DNA of 32,000 nucleotides from an uncultured Alphaproteobacteria bacterium (GTDB lineage: Bacteria > Pseudomonadota > Alphaproteobacteria > HIMB59): assembly GCA_902598275.1 (NCBI GenBank), contig CACKAZ010000009.1, positions 14,481 through 46,480 of the forward strand. The letters run 5' to 3'. A model generated the notes under the pieces. That model saw nothing but the letters and a program-made list of their open reading frames with translations. It was not told where the DNA came from and made no database searches. Numbering within the stretch: the first letter of the stretch is position 1; each line of letters begins with the position of its first letter. The translations under genes were made by a program, and so were the position numbers. Below are positions 20,754 through 28,640 of this stretch, piece by piece.

Positions 20754-21754
20754 AATATTTTAGAAATTTGAAAAACAGATTTTTTAAATATATCACCATT
20801 AGAGTAATATGTCTTATACCAATCTACTGTATCTTTAATGCTTTGTTTAAAGCTAAAAGTATTTTGATATTTAATTTTTTTTCTAATATAAGTCGAGTTT
20901 ATTCTAAGATGAAGATCTTCTGAAACATAATTCTTTTCAAAAGTCCAATTTATATTAATGTGAGGTTTAATTCTTTCTATTATTTCTTTTATAGAATAAC
21001 TTTTAAATTTTGAAGAAAAATTTATTGCATCATGATCAAATTTAATTTTATTTTCATAAATTATATTTGTAACAATTATTAAAAAGTTTAAAAGTTCAAG
21101 AATATATGTCCATGGTCTAGTGCTATTTATAGACCTTATCTTTAACTTTTTATTATTTGAATAAGATTCAAATAGGTCAAAGAAAAATCTATTTGTATTA
21201 AAGTCACCTCCGCCATATAAATTACCACATCTAATATTAAGAATTTTTAAATTATAAAGTTTCTTATAGTTCATAGAAAGTAAGTCTGACATTATTTTTG
21301 TGGTACCATAAATAGTGTTACTTCCAAAATTAGATTTTTCATTATGACTTTTATTTTTATTTTCGTATACTTTATCTGATGTAAAATTAATCAGATTAAT
21401 ATGTTTATTTTTTTTTATATACTCTAAAACATTTAAAATAGATAGAGTATTATTTTTGACTGAAACATCTGGAAAAGTATTACAAAAATGAACTAAAGAA
21501 TGAGCAGCTAAATTTATGATAATATCAGGTTTAAAATCATTCAGCACAGTAAATAAATTTTTTCTATTAGTAATATCTATATACTTAAATTTTATTTTAT
21601 TTTTTATTTTATTATGAAATTTATTTTTTTTTTCATTTAAACCAATTCCAAGATATTTATGATTTGTCTGAGAAAAATAAAGGCAAATCCAACTACCGAC
21701 AAAACCTGTAGCTCCAAGTACAACAATTTTTGAATTTTTAAATTTTTTACTCAT
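20750..21754 (-). CDS. rfbG: CDP-glucose 4,6-dehydratase family SDR
   Basis: VVLGATGFVGSWICLYF, FTSDKVY, YGTTK (YxxxK), RCGNLYGGGDF and TRPWTYILE parallel Salmonella RfbG (VTGHTGFKGSWL, ITSDKCY, RAGNVIGGGDW, IRPWQHVLEP). I prefer ATG 21754 (ATGAGTAA overlap with the rfbF stop) over the track start at 21787. Confidence 0.72.
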   Translation of the reverse strand: MSKKFKNSKIVVLGATGFVGSWICLYFSQTNHKYLGIGLNEKKNKFHNKIKNKIKFKYIDITNRKNLFTVLNDFKPDIIINLAAHSLVHFCNTFPDVSVKNNTLSILNVLEYIKKNKHINLINFTSDKVYENKNKSHNEKSNFGSNTIYGTTKIMSDLLSMNYKKLYNLKILNIRCGNLYGGGDFNTNRFFFDLFESYSNNKKLKIRSINSTRPWTYILELLNFLIIVTNIIYENKIKFDHDAINFSSKFKSYSIKEIIERIKPHININWTFEKNYVSEDLHLRINSTYIRKKIKYQNTFSFKQSIKDTVDWYKTYYSNGDIFKKSVFQISKIL

Positions 21755-22466
21755 AAATTGTCCATGGACTAATTTTGTAATCTTCAAGTATATTTTTATC
21801 TCTTATCGTATCACAAGGATGCCAAAAACCATTATGTTTGTAAGCATTTAATTGTTTATTTTGGCTTAATAAAGGTAGTGTATATTTTTCAAAAGATAAG
21901 TCTTTATTTGAAGGAAAATAATTAAGTAATTTTTTTCTATCTGCAACAAAGAAACCACCGTTTATCCATGAGTTTTTATTTACAAATTTTTCTGAAAATT
22001 TAGTCACTAAATTTTTATTATTTAGAACCATTGCACCAAATCTGGCAGGTGGATGCACAGCTGTCACAGTAACAGCTTTTTTTGATTTAATATGTGAATT
22101 TACAACTTTTTTAATATTCACATTAGATAGCCCATCGCCATAAGTAATCATTATTTGTTCATCATCTATTTTGTTAAGAATCTTTTTTATTCTACCACCA
22201 GTCGTCGTTCTTAGACCCGTGGGCTCAACAGAGATAACTAATTTTTTTTTTTTATTTATTTGTTTGAGGTTTTTAACATATTTATTTATAAGTTCACCTT
22301 TATAACCAGTAAGAATTATAAATTCATTAAATAAATAATTGGTATAGTGGTTAATAATATGCCCTAGTAGTGGAATTTTATTTATTTTAACTAAGGGTTT
22401 TGGTTTTTTAATTGTTTCTTCACTCAATCTTGTACCTAGACCACCAGCTAATATTAATACCTTCAT
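21747..22466 (-). CDS. rfbF: glucose-1-phosphate cytidylyltransferase
   Basis: 239-aa ORF. MKVLILAGGLGTRLSEETIKKPKPLV... and the C-terminal GFWHPCDTIRDKNILE match RfbF (ILAGGLGTRISEET..KPKPMV; GFWQPMDTLRDK). Confidence 0.85.
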   Translation of the reverse strand: MKVLILAGGLGTRLSEETIKKPKPLVKINKIPLLGHIINHYTNYLFNEFIILTGYKGELINKYVKNLKQINKKKKLVISVEPTGLRTTTGGRIKKILNKIDDEQIMITYGDGLSNVNIKKVVNSHIKSKKAVTVTAVHPPARFGAMVLNNKNLVTKFSEKFVNKNSWINGGFFVADRKKLLNYFPSNKDLSFEKYTLPLLSQNKQLNAYKHNGFWHPCDTIRDKNILEDYKISPWTIYE

Positions 22467-22475
22467 TTTATTTAT

Positions 22476-23009
22476 CTAATCTTTGAAGAGAAGTTTAAAC
22501 TCATTTATAAAGGGTTTAGATCTGGATAATACTTTTCTAAGATCATTTAGTATTTTTTCTTGAACTTCTGGGTCTATGTCATTTTTATCTTGAGAAGCTT
22601 TATCAAGCTCGTGTATTATTTTATCGAAAAAGTCACCCCCTCTTGAAAATTTTGAATAATTAACTTTTAACACCTCACTTTTTATAAAACTAAAAATTAC
22701 AATTAATGTAATTATAAAAAAGAATAAATTTGAAATAAATTTCAAAAATGTTTTTTTAAAAATTGAAAAATACTGATCTTTATTTGTAAATGAGTTATTT
22801 AAAGGTTCATATTTTCTTATTTGTTTAAATTTATTTTTTTTCAAAAATTCCAAATATTCTGTGTATTTAACTTTTAAATTTTTTAAACTTTGGTTTTGAG
22901 TTTTTCCTTCAGCAAGTATCCCCAAAGATTCTATTTCAGATATAAAAATATTATTTTTTTTTCTTAAAGTAATTTCTTCTTGATCAAATTCCATTTTATC
23001 TCCGAACAA
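22476..23009 (-). CDS. hypothetical single-pass membrane protein
   Basis: 177-aa ORF (or 172 aa from the second ATG at 22994). It has one hydrophobic helix (LFFFIITLIVIFSFI) between two hydrophilic halves. I recognise no family. It overlaps the 3' end of the upstream GT-C gene by 31-46 nt. Confidence 0.4.
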   Translation of the reverse strand: MFGDKMEFDQEEITLRKKNNIFISEIESLGILAEGKTQNQSLKNLKVKYTEYLEFLKKNKFKQIRKYEPLNNSFTNKDQYFSIFKKTFLKFISNLFFFIITLIVIFSFIKSEVLKVNYSKFSRGGDFFDKIIHELDKASQDKNDIDPEVQEKILNDLRKVLSRSKPFINEFKLLFKD

Positions 23010-24421
23010 ATATATTTAATTAAAATAATATTAAAAATAAAAATATAATTTAGTGTTAGTATCGAGTATCTTGGTTCAAAATGAGTCAACATTGAATAAA
23101 TACCATAATGATAAACTAGTGGTAAAGAAAGAGCTATTATCAGAAAATTAAATCTTGTTAATCCATATAATATTCCAAAAAACATAATAATGAAATTTAC
23201 AAAAGTAAAATATCTATAAAATACTGTTTTGATGTCTTGATAATCTCCCAATCCGTTAATAACATTTAACGTGCCTCTTTGAAGGAATAAAGGAGTTAGG
23301 TATAAGTGTTTGGGTAAATTTTCAATAAGAACTCTTAATGACTCATCTTTAATCTCATAAAACACTTTCCTGTTTATAGGATCAATTCTTTTTAAAACTA
23401 CTCCTTCATCTGTGAAAGCTTTACAATACCAATTCTCAGTATTACTACAGCTTAATTCAAATCTTTCTAGGTTTTTGAAATCAATGTTACTTAAAGCTTT
23501 GTCCTTTAAGTTACTTTTAAAATAGTACAACCAATGACCAGCTTGTTTTTCGTCCTCATTCATAGTGAGATATTCAAGCCTTTGCATAATAGCTCCGGCA
23601 TATCCTCTGGGGCTTAATTCAAAAAAACCTAACTCATTAAAATTCCTTACTTTCCAAAGTGTTGGTATAATCATAGCTATTACTAGAAAAGTTGAAATTT
23701 GTTTATAATTTATTGCTATATGGAGGTTGGTTTGTAAATTATTTTTTTTAAATAAGTAATTAAATATCATAATTAGTAATAACATAATAAAACAGACATA
23801 AATTGAGAAAAAATATACAAATTTTGTCATTATTAATAATGAAAATAAAAAACCGTATATTATAATTTTATTTAAAGTTAGGTTTTTATATATAAAAATT
23901 TTATATATACAAAATGAAGAAATTATAAATAATAAAGATCCTAAAACTTCAGTCAAATATTCATTTAAGTATTTTATTAAAAGAGGATTATTAAGCATTA
24001 TGAATAAAGAGAGAAGAATTATAGTGTCGTGTATCTTAAATTCTTTTAAAAATATGAATGCAGCAATTAAAGTTAAGATCAAGTATATAAAATTTAAGTA
24101 CTTTCCACTTAAAATATATTTAGAGCATTTTGTTTTATCTTGAAAAAGACAGTCTAAGTTAGTGTCATCATTTAATCCCATAGCTTTATAATTCAGTGAT
24201 AGAAAGAAAGGGTATAACGGTTCTCTATAAAAACTTGGTTTAGGTTTTTCATTTCTGTCATAATCGTGAATATTATATTGAGCTAAATTATAGGCAGTAT
24301 TAAAGTATTGATATGCATCCCCCCCTGGTATTGGTAATGAGTATTCTATGCTTTTATTCTGTATAGAAAATAAAGAGAGAATAATTAATATAAGAACGGA
24401 TAAGTTAAAAATTTTTAACAA
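22964..24421 (-). CDS. GT-C fold glycosyltransferase (ArnT/PMT, GT39/GT83-like)
   Basis: 485-aa ORF with a TTG start and more than 10 hydrophobic helices. The first-loop acidic/aromatic motif PIPGGDAYQYF and YREPLYPFFL resemble ArnT/PMT-family loop motifs. It is co-operonic with a GtrB-like GT2. Confidence 0.55.
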   Translation of the reverse strand: MLKIFNLSVLILIILSLFSIQNKSIEYSLPIPGGDAYQYFNTAYNLAQYNIHDYDRNEKPKPSFYREPLYPFFLSLNYKAMGLNDDTNLDCLFQDKTKCSKYILSGKYLNFIYLILTLIAAFIFLKEFKIHDTIILLSLFIMLNNPLLIKYLNEYLTEVLGSLLFIISSFCIYKIFIYKNLTLNKIIIYGFLFSLLIMTKFVYFFSIYVCFIMLLLIMIFNYLFKKNNLQTNLHIAINYKQISTFLVIAMIIPTLWKVRNFNELGFFELSPRGYAGAIMQRLEYLTMNEDEKQAGHWLYYFKSNLKDKALSNIDFKNLERFELSCSNTENWYCKAFTDEGVVLKRIDPINRKVFYEIKDESLRVLIENLPKHLYLTPLFLQRGTLNVINGLGDYQDIKTVFYRYFTFVNFIIMFFGILYGLTRFNFLIIALSLPLVYHYGIYSMLTHFEPRYSILTLNYIFIFNIILIKYICSEIKWNLIKKKLL

Positions 24422-24425
24422 TTTT

Positions 24426-24441
24426 ATTTAAATATTTAAAT
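24426..24441. repeat. perfect 16-bp palindrome ATTTAAATATTTAAAT in a 50-bp divergent intergenic region
   Basis: Read directly; the sequence equals its own reverse complement. It sits between start 24421 (minus) and start 24472 (plus). Confidence 0.6.
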
Positions 24442-24471
24442 TTTAGACTAAGGTATCGATTTTAAACAATT

Positions 24472-25401
24472 ATGAAAGTATTAATTACAGGAGGAGCAGG
24501 GTATATAGGTTCATTATTGATAGACTATATATTAAAAAAAAATTTTAAAATAACAGTCATTGATAACTTTAACTATGAAGAAACAAGCCTATTACAATAT
24601 AACTCAAATCCTAATTTTAGTTGTATTAGGGGAGATGCTAGGGATTTAAAACTCATTGAACAACACATTAGAACTCATGATATAATAATACCTCTTGCTG
24701 CTTTAGTAGGAGCCCCTTTGTGTGACAGAGATCCACAATTAGCTTATAGTATAAACACTGATGTAATATCTGAGATATGTAAAATAAAAAGTAAAGATCA
24801 AATAATATTATTTCCCATGACTAATAGTGGTTATGGTATAGGTGGCCAAGAAATGTGTACTGAACAGAGTAGATTAAATCCTATCTCAATTTATGGTAAA
24901 TCAAAAGTTGAAGCTGAAAAATTTATCACTAATTCAGAAAATTTTATTTCATTCAGATTGGCAACTGTCTTCGGTGTATCTAATAGATTAAGACTTGATT
25001 TGTTAGTTAATAACTTTGTATGGCGTGCAATTAAAGATAAATTTATAGTTCTTTATGAGTCTAAATTTAGAAGAAACTACATTCATGTTAGGGATGTTTG
25101 TAGATGTTTTTGCTACTCTATAGATAATTTTGAAAAAATGAAAAATCAAATTTTTAATTTAGGTCTATCATCAGCGAATTTATCCAAAATGGAATTATGT
25201 GAAAAAATTAATCAACACACAAAAAATTTCACAATTTTTGAGTCAGAAATTTCAAATGATCAAGATAAAAGAGATTATATCGTATCTAATGCTAAAATTG
25301 AGTCTATGGGGTTTAAAACAGAATATGATCTTGATTATGGCATAGATGAATTAATTAAGGTTTATAATTATATAGATACAAAGTTTTACTCAAATTATTA
25401 A
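24472..25401 (+). CDS. NAD-dependent sugar epimerase/dehydratase (extended SDR)
   Basis: 309-aa ORF with the MKVLITGGAGYIGS Rossmann motif and catalytic SIYGKSK (YxxxK). Confidence 0.8.
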   Translation: MKVLITGGAGYIGSLLIDYILKKNFKITVIDNFNYEETSLLQYNSNPNFSCIRGDARDLKLIEQHIRTHDIIIPLAALVGAPLCDRDPQLAYSINTDVISEICKIKSKDQIILFPMTNSGYGIGGQEMCTEQSRLNPISIYGKSKVEAEKFITNSENFISFRLATVFGVSNRLRLDLLVNNFVWRAIKDKFIVLYESKFRRNYIHVRDVCRCFCYSIDNFEKMKNQIFNLGLSSANLSKMELCEKINQHTKNFTIFESEISNDQDKRDYIVSNAKIESMGFKTEYDLDYGIDELIKVYNYIDTKFYSNY

Positions 25402-26396
25402 TGATAATTACCAGAGCACCTTACCGTATCTCTTTTTTAGGAGGTGGTACTGACGTAAAAGAGTGGTATCTGGGTAATGGTGGCGGAGTTATTAGTGCAG
25501 CAATTAATAAATATGTTTATGTTCAATTGAAAAAACAATATATTTTTTTTCCTGATGATTTACACCATAGGGTTATTTGGAGAAAAATTGAAAAAGAAAA
25601 AAAGATAAGTAGTATTAAAAATCCAATTGTAAATGCAATATATAAATTTAATAATTTAAAAAATTATTATGATTGTTTTTATTCAGGTGAGTTACCTTCT
25701 ATGTCAGGATCTGGTTCTTCATCAGCATTTACCGTAGCTCTTTTAAAAAGTTTGAATGAAGCTCAAAATATTAAAAAAACCAAAAATCAAATTTTTAAAG
25801 ATGCTATTCATATAGAAAGAAATGTAATAAAAGAGCATGGGGGCATACAAGATCAGTTTAGGAGTACTCATGGAGGTTTAAGTTATATGAGAATAAACAG
25901 TAAAGGTTCTATTAAAAATATTAATTTAAAAATCAAAAAAAAGAACCTTCTTGATTTAGAAAAATCAATAGAGTTATATTTCATCAGAGGTAATAGATCC
26001 TCATCTTCTCTAATGCGACAACATAAATCAAATATCAATTTAAATAAGGACTTGTTAACAGAAATGAATCAATTAACTAATTCAGGCTTTAATACTCTTA
26101 GTTCAAATAATAATAACTTTTTAAATATTTTTGCAAATATTATAAATGAGTCTTGGGAAATAAAAAAAAATTTTCATAAAAAAGTTTCATCTGAAAAAAT
26201 AGACTACGTTATTAATAAAGCTTTTTCATTAGGTGCTTTAACTGGTAAGTTAATGGGAGCAGGTTCAAGTGGTTTCATATTTTTTTTAAAAAATCCTGAT
26301 CACGAATTAAAATTAAATAATTTTTTTAAAGACGTTGTTGGCCCAATTGATATTAAATTTGATCATTTTGGAGTTAAAACTATTCACAAAAATTAA
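25401..26396 (+). CDS. hddA: GHMP-family sugar kinase, D-glycero-D-manno-heptose 7-phosphate kinase (HddA)-like
   Basis: 331-aa ORF. The N-terminus ITRAPYRISFLGGGTDVKEWY and the GHMP motif LPSMSGSGSSSAF match the HddA-type pattern (RAPLRISFGGGGTD...). A GmhA gene lies in the same locus. Confidence 0.6.
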   Translation: MIITRAPYRISFLGGGTDVKEWYLGNGGGVISAAINKYVYVQLKKQYIFFPDDLHHRVIWRKIEKEKKISSIKNPIVNAIYKFNNLKNYYDCFYSGELPSMSGSGSSSAFTVALLKSLNEAQNIKKTKNQIFKDAIHIERNVIKEHGGIQDQFRSTHGGLSYMRINSKGSIKNINLKIKKKNLLDLEKSIELYFIRGNRSSSSLMRQHKSNINLNKDLLTEMNQLTNSGFNTLSSNNNNFLNIFANIINESWEIKKNFHKKVSSEKIDYVINKAFSLGALTGKLMGAGSSGFIFFLKNPDHELKLNNFFKDVVGPIDIKFDHFGVKTIHKN

Positions 26397-26899
26397 AAAT
26401 TATCTCTTTTAGATACAATTGGTTTACTTTTACCCCAATTAATATTTAGTCTCTTATCTTTCCAAGAAAATGTGAATTGAGTTTTTCGATTATAATACCC
26501 TGTTTGCTTGTAGTGAAATACCGCATTAGCTGATCTGACTTGATGACATATACCATACATTGGAGGAACAAATACTTGAAAATTGTCATTTCCTGATAAA
26601 ATTATAGAAAAATAATTTAAGTAATCTTTATGATTTGGTTTATTACAAAAAATTACCAATTTAATTTTACCTTTTATACAGGATACTATCTTATAAATTT
26701 TTTTTTCACCATGAAAACCTCTAATAACATTTTTTTTTGAATAAGAAAAATCGTCTTGTACAAAATCTATATTAGGTGGTAAAAGTTTTTTGTATAGCTT
26801 TTGATTAAAAGTTTCTATAAATTTTCCTCTATGGTCTTTAAATTCTCCGTGTTCAATAAGGATTACATCATCTAAATTAGTTTTGTTAAATTTTATCAC
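26393..26899 (-). CDS. RmlC-like cupin NDP-sugar 3,5-epimerase
   Basis: From GTG 26899 the product starts MIKFNKTNLDDVILIEHGEFKDHRGKFIETFNQ, matching RmlC N-termini (..DVLIIEPKVFGDERGFF.E.FN). The 30-aa extension in the track (to 26989) lies antisense to the transketolase gene and has no RmlC counterpart. Confidence 0.7.
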   Translation of the reverse strand: MIKFNKTNLDDVILIEHGEFKDHRGKFIETFNQKLYKKLLPPNIDFVQDDFSYSKKNVIRGFHGEKKIYKIVSCIKGKIKLVIFCNKPNHKDYLNYFSIILSGNDNFQVFVPPMYGICHQVRSANAVFHYKQTGYYNRKTQFTFSWKDKRLNINWGKSKPIVSKRDNF

Positions 26900-26901
26900 A
26901 T

Positions 26902-27726
26902 ATGAAAATAAATAGCTTAATAAAAAAATGTCAAGATTTAAGACTAAAAAATTTAAATATTTGTTACAAATATGGAGGACATATCTCAACTTGTCTTTCT
27001 ACTATTGAAATTTTGGTTGGTATATATTACTCAAAAATATTTAAATTTAATGCCTCCACAAAAAATTTCGTAAATTCTGATACTTTTATTTTAAGTAAAG
27101 GCCACGGTTGTGAAATAGTATATTTAATTTTAGCTGACAAAGGTTTTTATAAAGAGGATTATTTTTACAAAAATTATAGAAAAAATAATTTCAATTTTGC
27201 TGGGCATATTAACAGTAAAAACCATGGTGTTGAACTATCTACTGGTTCTTTAGGCCATGGCCTTGGTTATGCGGCTGGTATTGCTTTAGGAAATAAATAC
27301 TTAGGAAAAAAAAATAAAGCTATTGTTTTACTTGGTGACGCAGAGTGTACTGCAGGATCAGTTTGGGAGGCTGCAAATTTTTCTTCTTTTCATAAACTTG
27401 ATAATTTGATTGCAATTATTGATTTTAATAAAATAGGTGCAACTGAAATGATTAATTCTTTTACTAATACTAAAATGTTAAAAAAAAAGTGGATATCTTT
27501 TGGATGGTATGTTTTAGAAGTATCAGATGGGAATAATCTAAGTTCATTATTAAATTCTTATAAAAAAGCATGTATGACAAAAAATAAACCTGTCGTCATT
27601 ATTGCAAATACTACAAAGGGTAAGGGTATAAAAATGTTAGAAAATGATCCAATTTGGCATACTAAACAAATCGATGACTCTAATTATGAACACGCACTAT
27701 CTGATCTCAAAGAGAGCTTCAAATGA
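26902..27726 (+). CDS. transketolase, N-terminal (ThDP-binding) subunit of a split enzyme
   Basis: 274-aa ORF. GGHISTCLSTIEIL, SKGHG and the ThDP motif GDAECTAGSVWEAANF...NLIAIIDFN are present. Confidence 0.8.
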   Translation: MKINSLIKKCQDLRLKNLNICYKYGGHISTCLSTIEILVGIYYSKIFKFNASTKNFVNSDTFILSKGHGCEIVYLILADKGFYKEDYFYKNYRKNNFNFAGHINSKNHGVELSTGSLGHGLGYAAGIALGNKYLGKKNKAIVLLGDAECTAGSVWEAANFSSFHKLDNLIAIIDFNKIGATEMINSFTNTKMLKKKWISFGWYVLEVSDGNNLSSLLNSYKKACMTKNKPVVIIANTTKGKGIKMLENDPIWHTKQIDDSNYEHALSDLKESFK

Positions 27727-28640
27727 CATTTAATAAATATCAAATGGATATGAGGGATGAATTTTTCACTTACTTATATAGATTTATGCAAATTGATAAA
27801 AAAATTATTATTCTTTCAAATGATTATGGTTCTCCAAAATTAGATACAATAAAAAGAAAATTTAAGTCAAGATTTATTAATTGTGGTATAACAGAACAAA
27901 ATATAATCTCTGTTTCTGCGGGTCTCTCAAGTAGAGGTTTTAAACCAATTATATATAGTATTTCTACATTTATAACACTCCGTTCATTTGAGCAATTAAA
28001 ACTGGATGTTTCAGTCATGGAAATGCCTTTATTAGTTTTGAGTGTAGGGGCTGGATATGCCTATTCGATGGATGGACCCACTCATCATGCAATAGATGAT
28101 ATTTCAATTCTAAATACATTGAATAATTGTGAAATTTACTCACCATCTGAGAGTTCATTTTTTTTAAATAAGAACACTCTAAATTTTAAATTTAAAGGTT
28201 TGAAATATTTAAGGTTAGATAGAGGCAAGTTAAATAAACTTGGTAATTTTTATAATCTAAAAAGAACTAATTTTCGACTAAGAAAATTTAATTTCAAATG
28301 CTTAGTAATATCAACAGGATTTATGTCACAAATAATAGTTGAAGGAATTATTAACAAAAAAATTAGAGAAGTAAGCCATATGGATATTTACAAGTTAAAA
28401 CCCATTGACATATCAATTTTAGATCAAATTAAAAAATTTAAAAAAGTAATTATAATTGAAGAGCATATAAGAAATGGAGGATTATTTTCAATTATTAATG
28501 ATCTTATAACTTTAAATAAAATTAAAATTAAAATTGTTTCTCTTAGTTTAAAAGAGAAAAAAAGCTATAATTATGGAGAAAGAGAATATTTGCATAAACA
28601 AAATAAAATTGATATTTACTCGCTTAATTCTGTAATATGA
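27723..28640 (+). CDS. transketolase, C-terminal (pyrimidine-binding) subunit of a split enzyme
   Basis: 305-aa ORF. FINCGITEQNIISVSAG and DGPTHHAIDDISIL are typical of the transketolase Pyr/C-terminal half. It overlaps the N-subunit gene by 4 nt. Confidence 0.8.
   Translation: MTFNKYQMDMRDEFFTYLYRFMQIDKKIIILSNDYGSPKLDTIKRKFKSRFINCGITEQNIISVSAGLSSRGFKPIIYSISTFITLRSFEQLKLDVSVMEMPLLVLSVGAGYAYSMDGPTHHAIDDISILNTLNNCEIYSPSESSFFLNKNTLNFKFKGLKYLRLDRGKLNKLGNFYNLKRTNFRLRKFNFKCLVISTGFMSQIIVEGIINKKIREVSHMDIYKLKPIDISILDQIKKFKKVIIIEEHIRNGGLFSIINDLITLNKIKIKIVSLSLKEKKSYNYGEREYLHKQNKIDIYSLNSVI

Noticed and set aside
21755-21787. An 11-aa extension of the rfbG-like ORF giving a 41-nt overlap with rfbF.
   Set aside because: The internal ATG at 21754 forms the classic ATGAGTAA start/stop overlap with rfbF and still precedes the Rossmann motif.
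22242-22253. Long A/T homopolymers inside coding sequences as slipped-strand phase-variation switches. Examples: T12 at 22242-22253 in rfbF, T11 at 7031-7041 in the Fe-ADH gene, T11 at 3612-3622, and A/T runs of 9-10 at several other sites.
   Set aside because: Such runs occur throughout the window, including in housekeeping purB (T9 at 95-103), and simply encode Lys/Phe runs in a very AT-rich genome. All frames are intact. Nothing singles out the glycan genes.
22476-23009. The 177-aa protein as a HicB-type antitoxin of a toxin-antitoxin pair.
   Set aside because: The N-terminal resemblance is weak. The protein carries a TM helix, has no adjacent HicA-like small toxin ORF, and sits inside a glycosylation operon.
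26900-26989. A 30-aa N-terminal extension of the RmlC-like ORF (track start at 26989), implying an 88-nt antisense overlap with the transketolase gene.
   Set aside because: RmlC homologs begin ~10 residues before the DV.IIEP block. A GTG at 26899 gives exactly that N-terminus. The extension (MRYVLHICNKYLNFLVLNLDIFLLSYLFSY) has no homolog counterpart.
27824-28018. 64-aa minus-strand ORF.
   Set aside because: It is antisense within the transketolase C-terminal subunit gene and is a shadow ORF.
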